Positions 50,203 through 63,015 of a DNA stretch of 64,000 nt are shown here, piece by piece. The notes below the pieces were generated by a model. That model searched no databases. It saw only the letters and a program-made list of their open reading frames with translations, and was not told the DNA's origin. The stretch's first letter is position 1. Each line of letters starts with the position of its first letter. The translations under genes and the position numbers were made by a program. The stretch spans positions 26,164,001 through 26,228,000 of the forward strand of contig CM060731.1 in the NCBI GenBank assembly GCA_030704615.1, given 5' to 3'. This stretch comes from Takakia lepidozioides (Eukaryota; Plantae; Bryophyta).

Positions 50203-53200
50203 ATGTCTACACCAAAATATGCATTGCTTTCATGTCCACCTGATGCAAAAGTGGTTCGTTATCCTTGCAATGGAAACAAGTGCATAATCCCAAAACCTTG
50301 GTTATGCAATAGATTCAAACTTGTTCCGGGTTCAGTTTTTTTGGAGGATGATGGAGATGATGATGCCTCCACAGTGTTGTTTCCAGTTTTCAATGACGGC
50401 CAAAAGCAATGGGAGTTGTTTCCAGACACTTTCTCCAAGTACCGTGTCACAGGTACGAGCTATACACAGTCACATGATGAGAGGCACACTTCTATTGCAA
50501 GAAAGAACGATCAAGCTGCAACAAATGGAGTTGTAAATTGAAGGAGGAGGTTGCAGATTCGGCGAGTTTGGGGTCTCATAATTCGGATTGTGTTGAGGTT
50601 TCTAAGAGTGTATTTTGTGGATCTCAACCTTCCTCATCTGCTCATACGGTCTTGCTTCACGACATGAAGCCTCGGAAAACTCCATTGAACAACACCACGT
50701 CTGATTGCTGCGAATCTGCAAGAGGTTTATCTTCATCTCCACAACTAGCAGGGGAGGCTACAACTGCATTTCCTTCTGGTGTGTTGTCCATTTTGAGTAT
50801 CTTGGCCACTGCTCGGAGGAATGGATCAAAAGGAGAGCTTTCTACCTTGGACTATAGTCACATTCCAGTGCATCGTGTTCGGTGTCTTCCTCGAGCTTTT
50901 GATGGAAAAGTGATCCATGAAACCCCCCCGTGGTCAAACTACGTACGGACCGTGGTTCACAGTCCCTCCAAGGCATGGACCGCAAGTTTGATGGTCATCC
51001 TTGGTGCAAGACCAATACCTACAATATGTCTGGTGTTCCAGATCATGTGAAATGTAGTAAGGTTCTTTGTTGGAAAGCTCATATGTCAAAGCAGCACTTG
51101 CCCCTTCTTCAAGAAAGAAGGAGAACGGAATGACCGCTATTAGGAAGGCAATGCAGACAAGGTGTTCATTGCAGGAGCCCAAGTTCCATTCAACCAGTTC
51201 AAGTGTAGTTTCTGCAAAGAAAGACCTTTCTGTGAGGCGCATTGTGGGGCAAGAATGTGTACTGTCACAAGTTCCCCTCCAACATATACACGTGTTGCAG
51301 TTCACGTTGGGTTTCATAACCATCCATGTGCCAAGGGCGAGAATAGAGAGGCTGCGGAAAATGCATCAAGCATGATTCAAGAGCACGTTAAGATGAAGCC
51401 ATGGTCGACCCCGGGAGCTATTTCCTTGTCAATGGCCCAGAAGCTCTTGATTGATCGAGTTCTTGTGGCTGATGGCACAGAGACAGTACGTCTTGAGGGA
51501 GAGGCTTTGGAAGCTATTCTTGAAGAGTTTGCTCATGTTTGTAGCCCCAATGTGAAAAACAAGGTCGCATCTGCACGTGTCAATTCCATCATGTCCATAT
51601 TGGAGTTGAAGCGTCTAAGTACATACCATTTCATTCACAACAATCTCCTTCCAGGCCAACATATTTCTCATCTCCCCCATGTTTTCAAGATGTCTGTTGC
51701 TGGTCCCGGGAGTGGTGTTGATTGTGCGTCGCATGAGTGAGGGGGATCTATGCACAAGTTGGGTAGTATTTGACCATGTCAAACGCATCAAGGATTGGAC
51801 AACTCTTGCGTGTCATGTCTATGAACCATATGTCAAGTGAATGATGACCATTGCCATTTGCGATATGAAAACAAAGGATGCAGATGCTCAGGTGTTATTC
51901 TGGGAGATGATCAATGAACAAGCAAAACTTGCTGGCTTGAACAAACCAAATTTTGCTGGCTTCATGGCGGATGCAGCACGAGCGAATTGGGCTGCTGTTC
52001 AAAGGGTTTATGGATCTGATCCTAATGTCCCAATGGAAGGTAAAGAAAGAACATGTTTATATCATTGGGCTGAAAGCCTCCGAAGACACACCAACGACTA
52101 TATCTTGGAGGACTTCCGTGAAAGGCACACTCACCTCTGTTATGAATGGAAAGATAGTGCTACCTTGGAGGATGCTACAACCACATACATTGCAATTCGG
52201 GCTTGGTGGCTCTCTTCAGGAGCATGCACAGAAAAGAGTCTGCCAAAACTGGATTCATGGCTTGCATGGTGGCACTACAAATATCGAACGTGGGGCCAAT
52301 GGATGAGAGAGGACATGGATGTGGAGGCAGATGCAGATATGCCTACCACTAATTTGTCTGAGGTAGTCCATTCTGCTTGGTGGAAGACAGCAGGCAATGG
52401 GAAAAAAATGAAGGTGGATCTATATGAGGCCACCATGCATGACATGTCACGAGCTCTTTTGCAGCAGGCAACATTTTACAGGCACACCACAGGAAAGACA
52501 TGGGGGACGGGGCCCGACAAAGAGGAGCTCATGTTGCGTCAAGCAGCTAGATCTAATAGCCCAGCAAAAATGGGTAAGGTTGTACGTGGCATAACAGCTG
52601 GAACACCCATGCACACAAGGGGGGTTCAATTGGAGGGAGACAATCGCACTATTCCAGTCAAATGCAAGTTAGGCGATGAGCATGGTGGGCCAAACGAATC
52701 TTGGAGGTGTGATATGAATGTAAAGACTGTTCCAGTGCGCGCCACTGGGATGCCCAGTCCACACCAAGCATCTAGGTTTGTCAGCTCCAAATCAAGTCAT
52801 GACATTCCTGGTTCTTCGACTTTCTGTGAGACAAATCCACATGTTGTTATCCCTCCTCAGCCAATGCAATGGGGAAATCAAGTGAGAGAGACACAAAACT
52901 TTTCTGATGCATTGTTCAGGATTCAGCGGACAGGTCCTGCTTCCATGGTTCGTTGTTCTGCCTTGGTTGGAGTTCCAAGGATAAATGCAAAGCGCTCATT
53001 AGGAAAGGTAAAGGAAGTCCTTCACCTTGCTTCACTGGCAAGTTACTAGCACCGAACATGAAAGAACCAAAACTGCAAGTTTTTGGTTTTGCCCCATAGA
53101 TGTTTTGTCGTGTGTTGGAGGGACCGTGCCATCCTATTGCTTGGAAAACCGGGTATACCTAACGTGTGGCCTGTGAAGGTTGGAACCAACCTTACACAAG

Positions 53201-53736
53201 AAGAGGTGGACAACTTGACCCTTGCAGGTTTTCGACTAGTCCATCCTCCCAACGTTCCTGATCCAAACTTTCCTGTGGGACCACTTCCAGTGGAACAACA
53301 TATTCATCAAGGTGTTGTCCTTCCTATGGGTAAGTATCCCACTACACGCTATGGGGTGCGCATTCGGCGTCGGGATCCGACTCCTCGACACTTGAGTCGC
53401 CAAGAGTCAGCGTAGACTCTTATTGCTGAGGTTCGTGGATTCAGAAACGTGCCTCAGCCAGGTTATTGGAGAATTTACCAGCTACAAACAGAGGGATCTA
53501 CCAGAGCAGGATTGGTTTACAATGTATACATTGGTCAGTTTCCATCTTGTGATTGTCCCGACTTTGATGAGCTATCTGTCAAGAAGAAAAGACAAACATA
53601 TCTACCTTGTAAGCACATGTACTTCATGTACAATGTGCATCTAGGTTGCGCCGGGGCTTATGAGATCCACCAACCTTCCCTTAGCCAGTTAGAGGTTAGG
53701 GCTATGCTAAAGAAGGACCCTAGTTCAACTTCTTAG
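50203..53736 (+). pseudogene. MULE/Mutator-type DDE transposase with GCM-like Zn DNA-binding domain and C-terminal SWIM finger (frameshifted)
   Basis: DNA-binding domain: FDGHPWCKT...GKLICQSSTCPFF...CSFC...HCGAR...VHVGFHNHPC. Catalytic core: WVVFDHVKR (D, 51772), GFMADAARANW (D), RTCLYHW (CxxH), TTNLSEVVH (E). SWIM: YNVYIGQFPSCDCPDF...PCKHMYF. Confidence 0.85.
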
Positions 53737-56054
53737 TGACACATGAAATGCACAAAAAAGAACCTCTAACTTGTGCCGTTCATTTTCATGCATGTGACAT
53801 GTAATTATCTTGTTACTACTTTATTCCAAACATGACACATAACATTTGTTAGTACAGAAGTTCCTATTTTGGTTAAAATGGAACTTGTGTACCTGTCATA
53901 CAAGTTTTCAAATTATAGAACTGCTTGGCATTACAAACAGACATGCAATGTGGTGGTTCCAAACATGACACATATGCATTTGTAGTACAAAAGTCCATAT
54001 TTTGGTTAATATGAAACTATTTTCCTTGAATACAAGTTTGCAAACTATTACTTTGGCCAGAGATCTTGTATTCTCTTCAGTTTAAGGTGGTGCATTAGTT
54101 GGAGTTAGTGGTCACATGCATCTTTGACCATTGACTACTGATTTTCTTAGCTAAGATTTTTTTTATTTTTTTCTATATACATATGATGTAACATTTGCAT
54201 ATGCAATAAATACGTCATATTCTATGTTATATAACTCCACTGCATACAATCTACAATGTGTGTCTACAAATTTGTCACATGCATATACAATAAGGGATTT
54301 TGTGCATGCATGCACGCAACCTGTGCATATGGAATAGCAACCCCCCTTCTACTTTGATTGCGTTCTGTTGGAGACGATATGTTGGACGCCATGGCGCAGG
54401 GCATACCACAAACACTCAAGGTTTTTTGAGTTTACCCTTGCTTGAATTGTGATCTGTACATGCTTTAGAATTCAACACTGACATGGATAGCAACTGTGAA
54501 GACCTACCACTCACCTGCTGCATCCTCACTAACACACATCGCTATGTGGTGGTTTTTGGGATGGGCACAGGTGAGGGTCTTCACTTGTCTTGATTCCTTG
54601 AAGCTTGCAGCTCCTGTTCTTGCAAATGTGGATATTGCTGCTGCCTAAGCTGTTGATGCCATTTGCTATTTCAAATTGCCACCATGCCGCTTCAGACCTG
54701 CTCCAAGATGGCTCCAATGAGGATCTGCTTCTCTCCTTACCCCTGTTTCTGGTTTTTTACAACCACATTTGCATGTGTAGGAGTTAAGCTATGAAGGGTA
54801 CAAGGGTACAAAATAGCAGTTATTACTCTGACTGCTTTGATACTTGGCTCTGAAATGAAACTTCTTGGTATGAATTTGATGGATCAAAAGGATAGGCTTT
54901 GATAGATAACACACATTCTTCAAGGCCCTCATATCATTTTGGTTTCATGGCTTGATAACAAACAGGGGTTTCTGAGCTGCTCTTTCACCTTGGCAGAGCT
55001 ATTTTATGAGGCCTTAAAATACCATTCCAGGCCTATACCTGCTCAAGGGGGCTCAACCCTGTTGTTTCTTCTTCCTTTTTAAGAATCTTGCTTGTATCTT
55101 GGTTCTGAAACATCAACTTCAAACCAGTACTGTTTCTTAGGGAAGTGAAATGCTCAAGACCTGGATTTTGTTTGCCTTGGCCCGTTAAAGACTCTCAATT
55201 TAAAGGCCTGGCTGCAGACAGGGTTCTTCTGAGTTTCTTTGTTAACTCAGATCTTTGGAGGTTCTAGAATACCACTCAAGACCTAGATCTGATTTGGAAC
55301 ACTCAACCTTGCATAGGTTTCATGTTTACTGCTTGTGGTTTGGCATTGATACATCACCAAACTAGCTTTGGAATGAAACCTCTCAGCTTGACTCTATTGT
55401 GTCAAACAAGTACGCCTTGTTTAGGGAACACACACACTCATTAAGGCTCTCATAGCAGTCTGAATTTGAGGGCTGATAGCAGGCAAATTTGGGATAATTT
55501 GCCTTGCTTCTGTTTTATGATTCCTGCTTGTGACACGACACTGAAACGTCACCTTCAGGCCAGCAATAGCCTCTAGGGAGAAGACTTGTTCAAAACCTAG
55601 ATGTTGGCATGCAGCCTCATGATATATACCATGTCTTGAACCATGCCAATAGGGCAAGAGGAAACATGATGTAAACCAGCAAATGCTTAAGGCATATTTG
55701 TTTGACTGTTTCAAACTCAACTTGAATTGTTTTTGAGCATGAGTCTTGGGGACTGTCCCAAGACCTGCAATCTGGTTTTCACAACTTGTTTTGCTAAGGT
55801 GTTGTGTCTACTTGCAAATACTTAAGGCATGAATGGCTGGCTGTTTCAACTTGAAGTGCTATGAGCTTGATTCTGGGAAATATCCCCAACCTGCAATCTG
55901 GTTTTTGAAATGAGTTTGTGAAATGAGTTTTTGAAATGATGGTGCAAACTATGGTGCTTTCATGATATGACTGACCTGGAATCCCACCTCCCACCCTGTT
56001 TTTCAGAGACCCTGAAATGTAATGGGGTATTCAAATGAGATTGTAAACATGAAA

Positions 56055-57022
56055 GGGAATGTTAGATGGTGCCCTGTAAAGGGCTGTTTGTTTTTTCAAT
56101 GACAATGACCTTAGCGGTCTTGTCCATGTCTTGACATGACATGTATATCTTCCCTTTTTTTTTTGCTGTTCACAAAAGTAAACAAACCACAAGGGAGAGA
56201 GGGTGCAGAAAAAGTTAAAAGATTGTACTCATAAGACATTGTTTGCCGTAGCCTTGTGCCCATTGACCCCGCGCCTAGTTTGAGCGGAAACAAAAGGGAC
56301 AGAACCTACCTGTGTCAGGGGCTGACGTTGGTAGTAAGACTTACCTTCATATATAGAATTAATCTGGGTTTTCCAGATATCCTCTACAAATCCCTTCACA
56401 CAAGCATCAAACTGTTGTGTGTGATTTGCCCAATAACTAGGCCTCAGGAGGGCCTCGGCTTTTGGCTCAGCCTTGAGACTTTCAAAGTTGGTAAACAGAG
56501 GTACAGGCACAATTCCCTTGATAGATTTGAAGAGAGCGTCTCTTTGGTGAGAGAACCCCGGACAGTGTACCAGAAAATGAGTATTGTCTTCAGATTGCCC
56601 ACACAACGGGCAATTGCACTCTCCATTTCCTCTTTGCTTCTATTTGCTGTTCAAAGGTAGGCTTCTTGCCCTGAGTTTAATCCAAGATGTCCTCCCCATG
56701 TCACTGACTGGAAACAAGTTCAGGGAAGTTTTCTGCCTAACTTCATTTTCATCAGACAATCTCATGGCAACAGACATGGCTTTAGACACTACAGCCTCTA
56801 AGTCAGATTTATCAACCCATATTGCAGATCCGTACTCCAAGGCAGGTCTAATAATGCGACAAAGCATGGTTTTCTTAACCTCAGAGTTGACCCCTCTGCA
56901 GAAAAAGTTAAAAAGAGAGAGGGAAGATATTCACGTCATGTCAAGACATGGACAAGACCCATAAGGGTCATTGTCAATTAAAGACATAAACAACCCTGGA
57001 TAGGGCACTATCTCACATTTCC
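56055..57022. repeat. ~110-bp imperfect inverted repeat (56055-56165 / 56914-57022) flanking the LINE insertion
   Basis: GACAATGACCTTAGCGGTCTTGTCCATGTCTTGACATGAC versus GTCATGTCAAGACATGGACAAGACCCATAAGGGTCATTGTC. Confidence 0.85.
56221..56896 (-). mobile_element. 5'-truncated, internally deleted non-LTR retrotransposon copy with 17-bp TSD
   Basis: IIRPALEYGSAIW (RT thumb) joined to DKSDLEAVV...CPLCGQSEDNTHFLVHCP. TSD TGCAGAAAAAGTTAAAA at 56204-56220 and 56897-56913. Confidence 0.85.
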
Positions 57023-58454
57023 AGTCTTGTCAAATCATCCCAAAAGACACCACCCGATCATCCAAGACAAAGCAGGGTGGGAGGGCGGGGTTTGTTCTTG
57101 TGTGGGACAAGATAAGATATTGCTCGTCCTGTGCATGCTGCAAGGCCTCTTGGTTCAGCCTGTACATATACTAGCAGCTTACCAATTCAGCCATTAATTA
57201 TGGCAGGTCATGCATCAGCCAAGGCATAAGGACCAGCCTGCATTTTGTCAGAGTCTTAGTATACCACCAAGCAGTCCAACTTGGGCCAGATGAAGTAGTT
57301 CCATATCATTTGTATTCACCCCGAGACATGTGATCATATAAGGTATCAAGGGAATGTGAATGCAGCCTGTCAGATTGCAGGTTCAAGACTTGTACCAACA
57401 AACAGCATGAACAGCCGAGATCCATCCTCTTTTGTATAAAAAACAGATGGCAGGTCATAGGCCTGATGTCATGACAGATCCAAAACAATAGGGATTCCAT
57501 TGCAGCTTACCATCCTCATCCTTCAAGAGTTCCATGCTAAGACATGCAAAGAACACCTTACTACGATCCAATACACATCAGAAGTAGGCCTGACAAGGAG
57601 CACCAAAAACCAGATCCTCTTTGGCCAAAATAACTTACAACCTAGCTTAGTAATCCACACGCTGTGCTGTCAAAGATTAAAAGTTAGCGGATAGTTTGTA
57701 TGCAAGCCTCAGGAAACAAGCCCGTCAGACCGAGCTGCGCATCGGCGGCCGAACGACAAAGGCCAGAACGCAGGCTGGAGCATATCAAGTCAAGGGATGT
57801 TGGGTTGAAATTGGGGCTGCAACCAGCAGCCACCTCACAGCGCGCACAACCCTAGGTCTCCTCAGCCCATATCCCAATCTGCATGCTCAAGAAACTTCAA
57901 AGTAGGTGAGGATCCTCACCTGGTCCCATCACAAGCCCCCACAAAAACCAACAGGTTAGTGAGGATTGTGGAACCCCGAGTGAATCACAGACCCTCACAC
58001 TTGTCATCGATATCAACTAAGAAATTCAAAAGCAAGAGAAAGAGATAAGAACATGAGAATCCCTAAACTCCAAAGGCACCTTAAGCGATTGGGGAAGAGG
58101 GTTATGCGCCATCACCACCCGCAGCAAGCCGCCTCCACAAAGCACATACGCAATGAAGCAAAGCAGGCACAATCGCAAGGCACTAGAATGAGACTTCCCA
58201 TCATAAGCATCCTTGCTAAGCACAGAAAAAGCCAGAGGAGGGAAGATGCCACTGCTTTCATAGCGGTGTTTCCCGCTGCAAGAGAGACAAGGCGCCGCCT
58301 TCGCACCCCCCCCAGGCGCTCGTCCAACATGGGTACGACACCACAAACAGGGCAACCACCGAAGCACGCCCGCCATAACACTCTCCTCGCGAGCTCAGAA
58401 GCACATCGCGTGCTTCTGACAGCAGGAGAGACGACATAGGGTCGTCCCCCGATT

Positions 58455-58975
58455 ATTCATCCGTGGATGAGAAACAGTAGGACGAATCCATATACCCTGA
58501 CAGATTTCATCTGCAGCAAGGTTAAAAATAGGTTTTGGGGTAGGGGTTAGGGTTTCCACCGTAATTAATCATAATTAGGGGTAGTAAAGATCAATTCCAG
58601 ACCATAATCATATCATCCATAGACAGATCATTTGTGTCAAGATGAAAAAGTATGGAATATCATCCGTGGCAGCGCCTTACCTCCATCTAGGTAATTCTAT
58701 CATTCCTTACCAGACCATCCGGTATGGATAAAAAGAGTCAATAAAAGAGGAATGAAAAATTATCACCCTGGTAGTTTTTCATCCGGTACGGATGGAAAAA
58801 CAGGATGTTGTTGGCAAGGTAATTCTTTTCTTCCATGGTGACTCATCCGGTATGGATGAGAGTCAATAGAGGAGGAATGAAAAGGCCAAAAGAGCCATCC
58901 TAGAGGTAATTCAGTGTCCATCCTGGTGGCTCATCCGGTATGGATGAAAAAGCCTGATAGAGGATGAGAAAACAA
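58455..58975. repeat. Dispersed motif array (T)CATCC-N-GGAT(GA), probable DNA-transposon subterminal region
   Basis: CATCCGGTA(T/C)GGAT at about 58716, 58780, 58844 and 58933, with variants at 58458 and 58661. Telomere-like GGGTTAGGGTTT at about 58545. Confidence 0.6.
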
Positions 58976-59079
58976 AGAATCAACACTGATAGCAATTTGC
59001 CCATTCCCAGTAGAGAGGGAGACAAAGGGAGAGAGGGGGCAACAATGAAAAAAAATGGGTTTGGGGGGGGGGGGGGGAG

Positions 59080-60545
59080 GTCAGATGGTGGGGTCAGCTG
59101 CAACATATGTCCAACACCAGATATCCTAAGTTAATGGACTCTATATCTTGGAAACAGGACCGCCCACCGATCTGTCAAACAGGCTAAAGTCTTGGCAGAA
59201 GATAGTAGAAGAGATTCTCAAGGACCTGGACCTGGAACCGCAAGTCTTCACCCTGCTGGATAAATCTGACTTAGAGGCTGTAGTGTCCAACCATGTCTGT
59301 TGCCATGAGATTGTCTGATGAAAATGAAGTTAGGCAAAAAACTTCCCTGAACTTGTTTCCAGTCAGTGACATGGGGGAGGACATCTTGGATAACCTCAAG
59401 GGTCTACCCACTCTCGGCAGTAGACTGAAATTTAAACTCAGGGCATGAAGCCTACCTTTGAACAGCAAACGAAAGTAGAGAAGAAAGGGAGAGTGCAATT
59501 GCCCGTCGTGTGGGCAATCTGAAGACAGTACTCATTTTCTGATACACTGCTAGATAAATCTGACTTAGAGGCTGTAGTGTCCAACCATGTCTGTGGGCAA
59601 CCTGAAGACATTCATTTTCTGATACACTATCCGGGGTTCTCTCACCAAAGAGACGCTCTCTTCAAATCTGTCAAGGGAATTGTGCATGTACCTCTGTTTA
59701 CTAACTTTGAAAAAGTCGAGGCTGAGCCAAAAGCCCAGCCCTTCTGAGGCCTAGTTTCTGGGCAACTCACACACAGCCGATTGATGCTTGTGTGAAGGGA
59801 TTTGTAGAGGATATCTGGAAAACCCGGATTACTTCTATATGTGAAGGTAAGTCTTACTACCAACGTTGGCCCCTGACAGAGGTAGGATCTGTCCCTTTTG
59901 TTCCCCCAAGAGAGGGGGCACAAAAGAAAAACAGAGAATGTGGGGGGAGGGGAGTGACTGAGCAGCAGCAGCTGCTCAGTCACTCTCCCCCCCCCCCCAC
60001 CTTCTTTCCTTTTCTTTTCTTTGTTGCCCCTTGATGTCTCCCTCTCACTCCCTCTCTCTGTCCCTCTCTCTCCCTCTCTTCTGTGCTGCTCTCTTTTAAG
60101 CTCCCGACACCCTAAATTCAAGGTCAGATGGTGGGTTCAGCTGCAACATATGTCCAACACCAGATATCCTAAGTTAATTGACTCTATATCTTGGAAACAG
60201 GACCGCCCTGTCAAACAGGGTGAGCCCTGGGAGAAGAGAGTAAAAAAGATTCTCAAGGATCTGAATCTGGGCCGCAAGTCTTGACCTTGCTGGATAAACC
60301 TGACTTAGAGAGTGTAGTGTCCAAAGCCATGTTTGTTACCAGAAAATTGTCGATGAATGAAAATGAGGTTAGGAAGAAAACTTCCCTGAACCTGTTTCCA
60401 GTCTGTGACATGGGGGATGACATCATGGATGCGCTCAAGGGTCTATCCCACTCTTTGCACCAGACCTAAATTTAAAGTCAGGGGGAAGACTACCTTTGAA
60501 CAGTAAACAGAAGCAGAGAGGAAAGGGAGAGTGCAATTTCCCTGA
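59080..60545 (+). mobile_element. Two rearranged fragments of the same non-LTR retrotransposon C-terminus (59080-59905, 60110-60545)
   Basis: RWWxQLQHMSNTRYPKL.DSISWKQDRP...DKSDLEAVVS...LRA.SLPLNSK...CPSCGQSED, with a local duplication at 59552-59630. Confidence 0.8.
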
Positions 60546-60869
60546 CATACCTCTGCTGCTCTGCTGGTGGTGCTTGAAGCGAGCTGGCTCGGCGAGCTGC
60601 TGCGGTGCTGTCGCGGGTCCCCGCCGCTGCAGGGCGTCTCTTCCCCGCTCACCACGGCTCTCTCTCTCTCTCTCTTCAGCTCGTTAGGTCGCGCCTCTGT
60701 GCGGCGTTCCTACCACACAGGGGAGAGAGACATCAGCCCGTGCTTAGGGCAAGAAAGAAAGACAGAAAGTGAGGGAGGAGGCGGTGCTTACCTTGGGCGA
60801 TGGAGCGGCGTTGGGGCAAACTCCTTGGGGCCTCGCGACCACCTCAGGCTCAGCAATAGGTGCGTTTCT

Positions 60870-61240
60870 CCTCCACCCTAAACCCTACTCTCTGAACTAC
60901 CTCTCTCCCAAGAACAAACGAAAACGGGAGGGGAAAGAGATGCTTGAAGCACTTAGGGAAAAAAAAAAGGCGCGGCACCCACGTCTGCGCCCGCCCTTTT
61001 TTGAAATGTAAAAATGAAGATTGCGACGGCTGGCCGTCGTTTCTTGCGACCCCCGGCCCCATAAAAAAAAAAACACGTCGCCCCCCGCGACGGCTGTCCG
61101 TCGCGAGGTCCGACCCCCAGTTAAAATAATTAATTAATTAATTAATTAAAAAAATAAAAACGTCGTCCAATCCGATTCAGGGTGTCGCAGGAGGCGACGG
61201 CCGGCCTTTCTGGATTTAGGGTTTAGGGCCTTTTGGGTTT
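60870..61240. repeat. CGTCG/CGACG-rich block bracketed by telomere-like motifs, probable transposon terminus or promoter
   Basis: CCCTAAACCCT at about 60876, TTTAGGGTTTAGGG at about 61215, and multiple GCGAC/GTCGC motifs. Confidence 0.4.
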
Positions 61241-62794
61241 CTTAGTTTTATTTATTTTATTTATTTTTCATATGTACTGGGTTAGGGTGTTTGCTTTTTC
61301 TTTATGGTGTTGGTTTTGGATTGGCGGTTTTGGTTGTGGGTCTTGGGGTTAAAAGGATAAACGGTGTAATTAGGATTCACATACCCAAAATGTGGTTCAA
61401 TCTGATAATCGCAAAGCGCTGGGTCTCAACAAATTTTTCCATAGTGTGAGCATCCTGAAGATAGAACGAGAGGAAGGATTTATTGTCTTGGGCTCTAGCA
61501 CCATAGGGATGCTCCGCCTTTGGTTACCAATTTTGAAAGCCCCAAGGCTGAGGCATAGGGTTTTTTTGCCAACGGTTTTTGAGAAATGAAAGTGTTGGTG
61601 GTGTGTGTTAATTAGGATGGGATGGTGAGGAAACATCGACCCGTCTCCCTCGAGGATGGGGAGGTAGTACCACATATTGATTGTGGCCCTAGAGCGACCA
61701 TTTTTCGTGGCGAGGAGGCACCCATTGCACCTTATCCAATACAGGCTGCCGGGAACAATCGTAGAAGGGACCGGGGCCAAATTTCAGGTGATGCGGAGGA
61801 CGTTGACACCCCGGGATCGAGTCGAGCGCGCCGCGGGTTGCCCCCTTGCGGGCCACCCTGTCTAACCACGTCCACCTTTGACCCCCCCCCGACACGATTG
61901 TGTGTTGGTGCACTAAGTGTTGGGAACGGATACCGCCGGGCGGCACTAGACCACCGAGGCGGCGACCGCATGTTTGTCGAAAACATTACAGAAGAACAAG
62001 ATTGCGGATGCAGCAAAGTGAGTGTTTTTTCCCCCCCCTCTCATTAACATTCATTTAAGGTACATTTAGGTTTATCTAATAATATAGTATGATTGGTAAA
62101 CATACATGAATCAAAATTACGACATAAGTATTAATGCGTCGTTTACTATGCATATTACACACCACGACTTGATGCCCAAGCTTGCAATCACATTGCACAT
62201 GAGGCATTTCGCGCCGGTCTATTTGCAGAATTTTTGCCAGAGCATGTGCCCCATGTGACCAGTTGGTTTCCCAAACAGCACGTAGATGAGATGCGTAGGG
62301 TCGAGGGGTATCGTAGGTGTCGTAGGTGTTTTGGCCGGCGACGAGCACCCCCCCCCCCTCCCCCGCCCCTCCAGTTTCCTCAGGCGGTCCCCTGATTGTG
62401 GCCTCCTCCCCCTCGTCTGTTTCTTTGCCTGATCCACCTCCAATTGTACTTGATCCGAACGTTGTACCCCCGGCTGCACCTCCGACATTACATCCTCAAT
62501 CACCTCCACTTTCATCTCCTCCGCCAGCACCACCTCCACCCACCTCCACCCCACGGCATGTGCGCCCGAACCCCTAGGAAGGGTCGGCTTCGCCCTAGGT
62601 TTCCTCCCCTTCGGCTTGGGTGGCCTGAGCCGGATCCTCCTCCCCCCGATGGGAAGCGCATAGGACTATTGTTAGAGGACGGTAGGGACTTAGACACTTA
62701 TACGGGATCTGTAGGGTACCCTTAATTTTTGCACAGACTGAGACAAACAGGAACCTTAGGGGTGACAGCAGCGCACTGTAGAGGGGGTTACACC

Positions 62795-63015
62795 CACACA
62801 GCCAACACAGCCGTCACAGCCACAGCCGCCGTCACAGCCACAGCCCCACAGCCCACAGCCCGTCACAGTCCACAAACACAGCCACACAGCCAGTCACACA
62901 GCCCACACAGCGTCACAGTCGTCACAGCCCACACAGCCCACACCCAGTCACAGCCACAGCCACACAGTCACAGCCCGACACAGCCAGCCAGTCACCGCTT
63001 GACACAGCTGTCACG
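62795..63015. repeat. (CACAGC/CACAGCC)n minisatellite, possibly within an LTR-like sequence starting near 62710
   Basis: About 25 degenerate CACAG units; TGTAGGGTACCC at 62710 interrupts a GC-rich minus-strand ORF. Confidence 0.6.

Larger units (their letters stand above)
43949..54346 (+). mobile_element. Putative ~10.4 kb MULE-type DNA transposon with MTase-like and ParB-like cargo (boundaries tentative)
   Basis: Both ends are rich in ATGCA/TGCAT motifs and loosely inverted (GAGGTAGCCTATACTATATGC vs revcomp GGGGGTTGCTATTCCATATGC). They enclose the transposase and cargo genes. No clear TSD. Confidence 0.45.

Noticed and set aside
32690-54346. Bacterial or phage contamination as the source of the ParB and MTase genes
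   Set aside because: The genes contain GT-AG spliceosomal introns with consistent phase and are interleaved with plant TEs.
54350-58440. Short ORFs, including 58026..58376 and 58053..58439
   Set aside because: Possible decayed exons, but no family could be recognised and no consistent splice model could be built.
61390-62710. GC-rich minus-strand ORFs (61689..61946, 62076..62554)
   Set aside because: They look like a frameshifted transposon accessory gene, but show no diagnostic motif, so they were not called.
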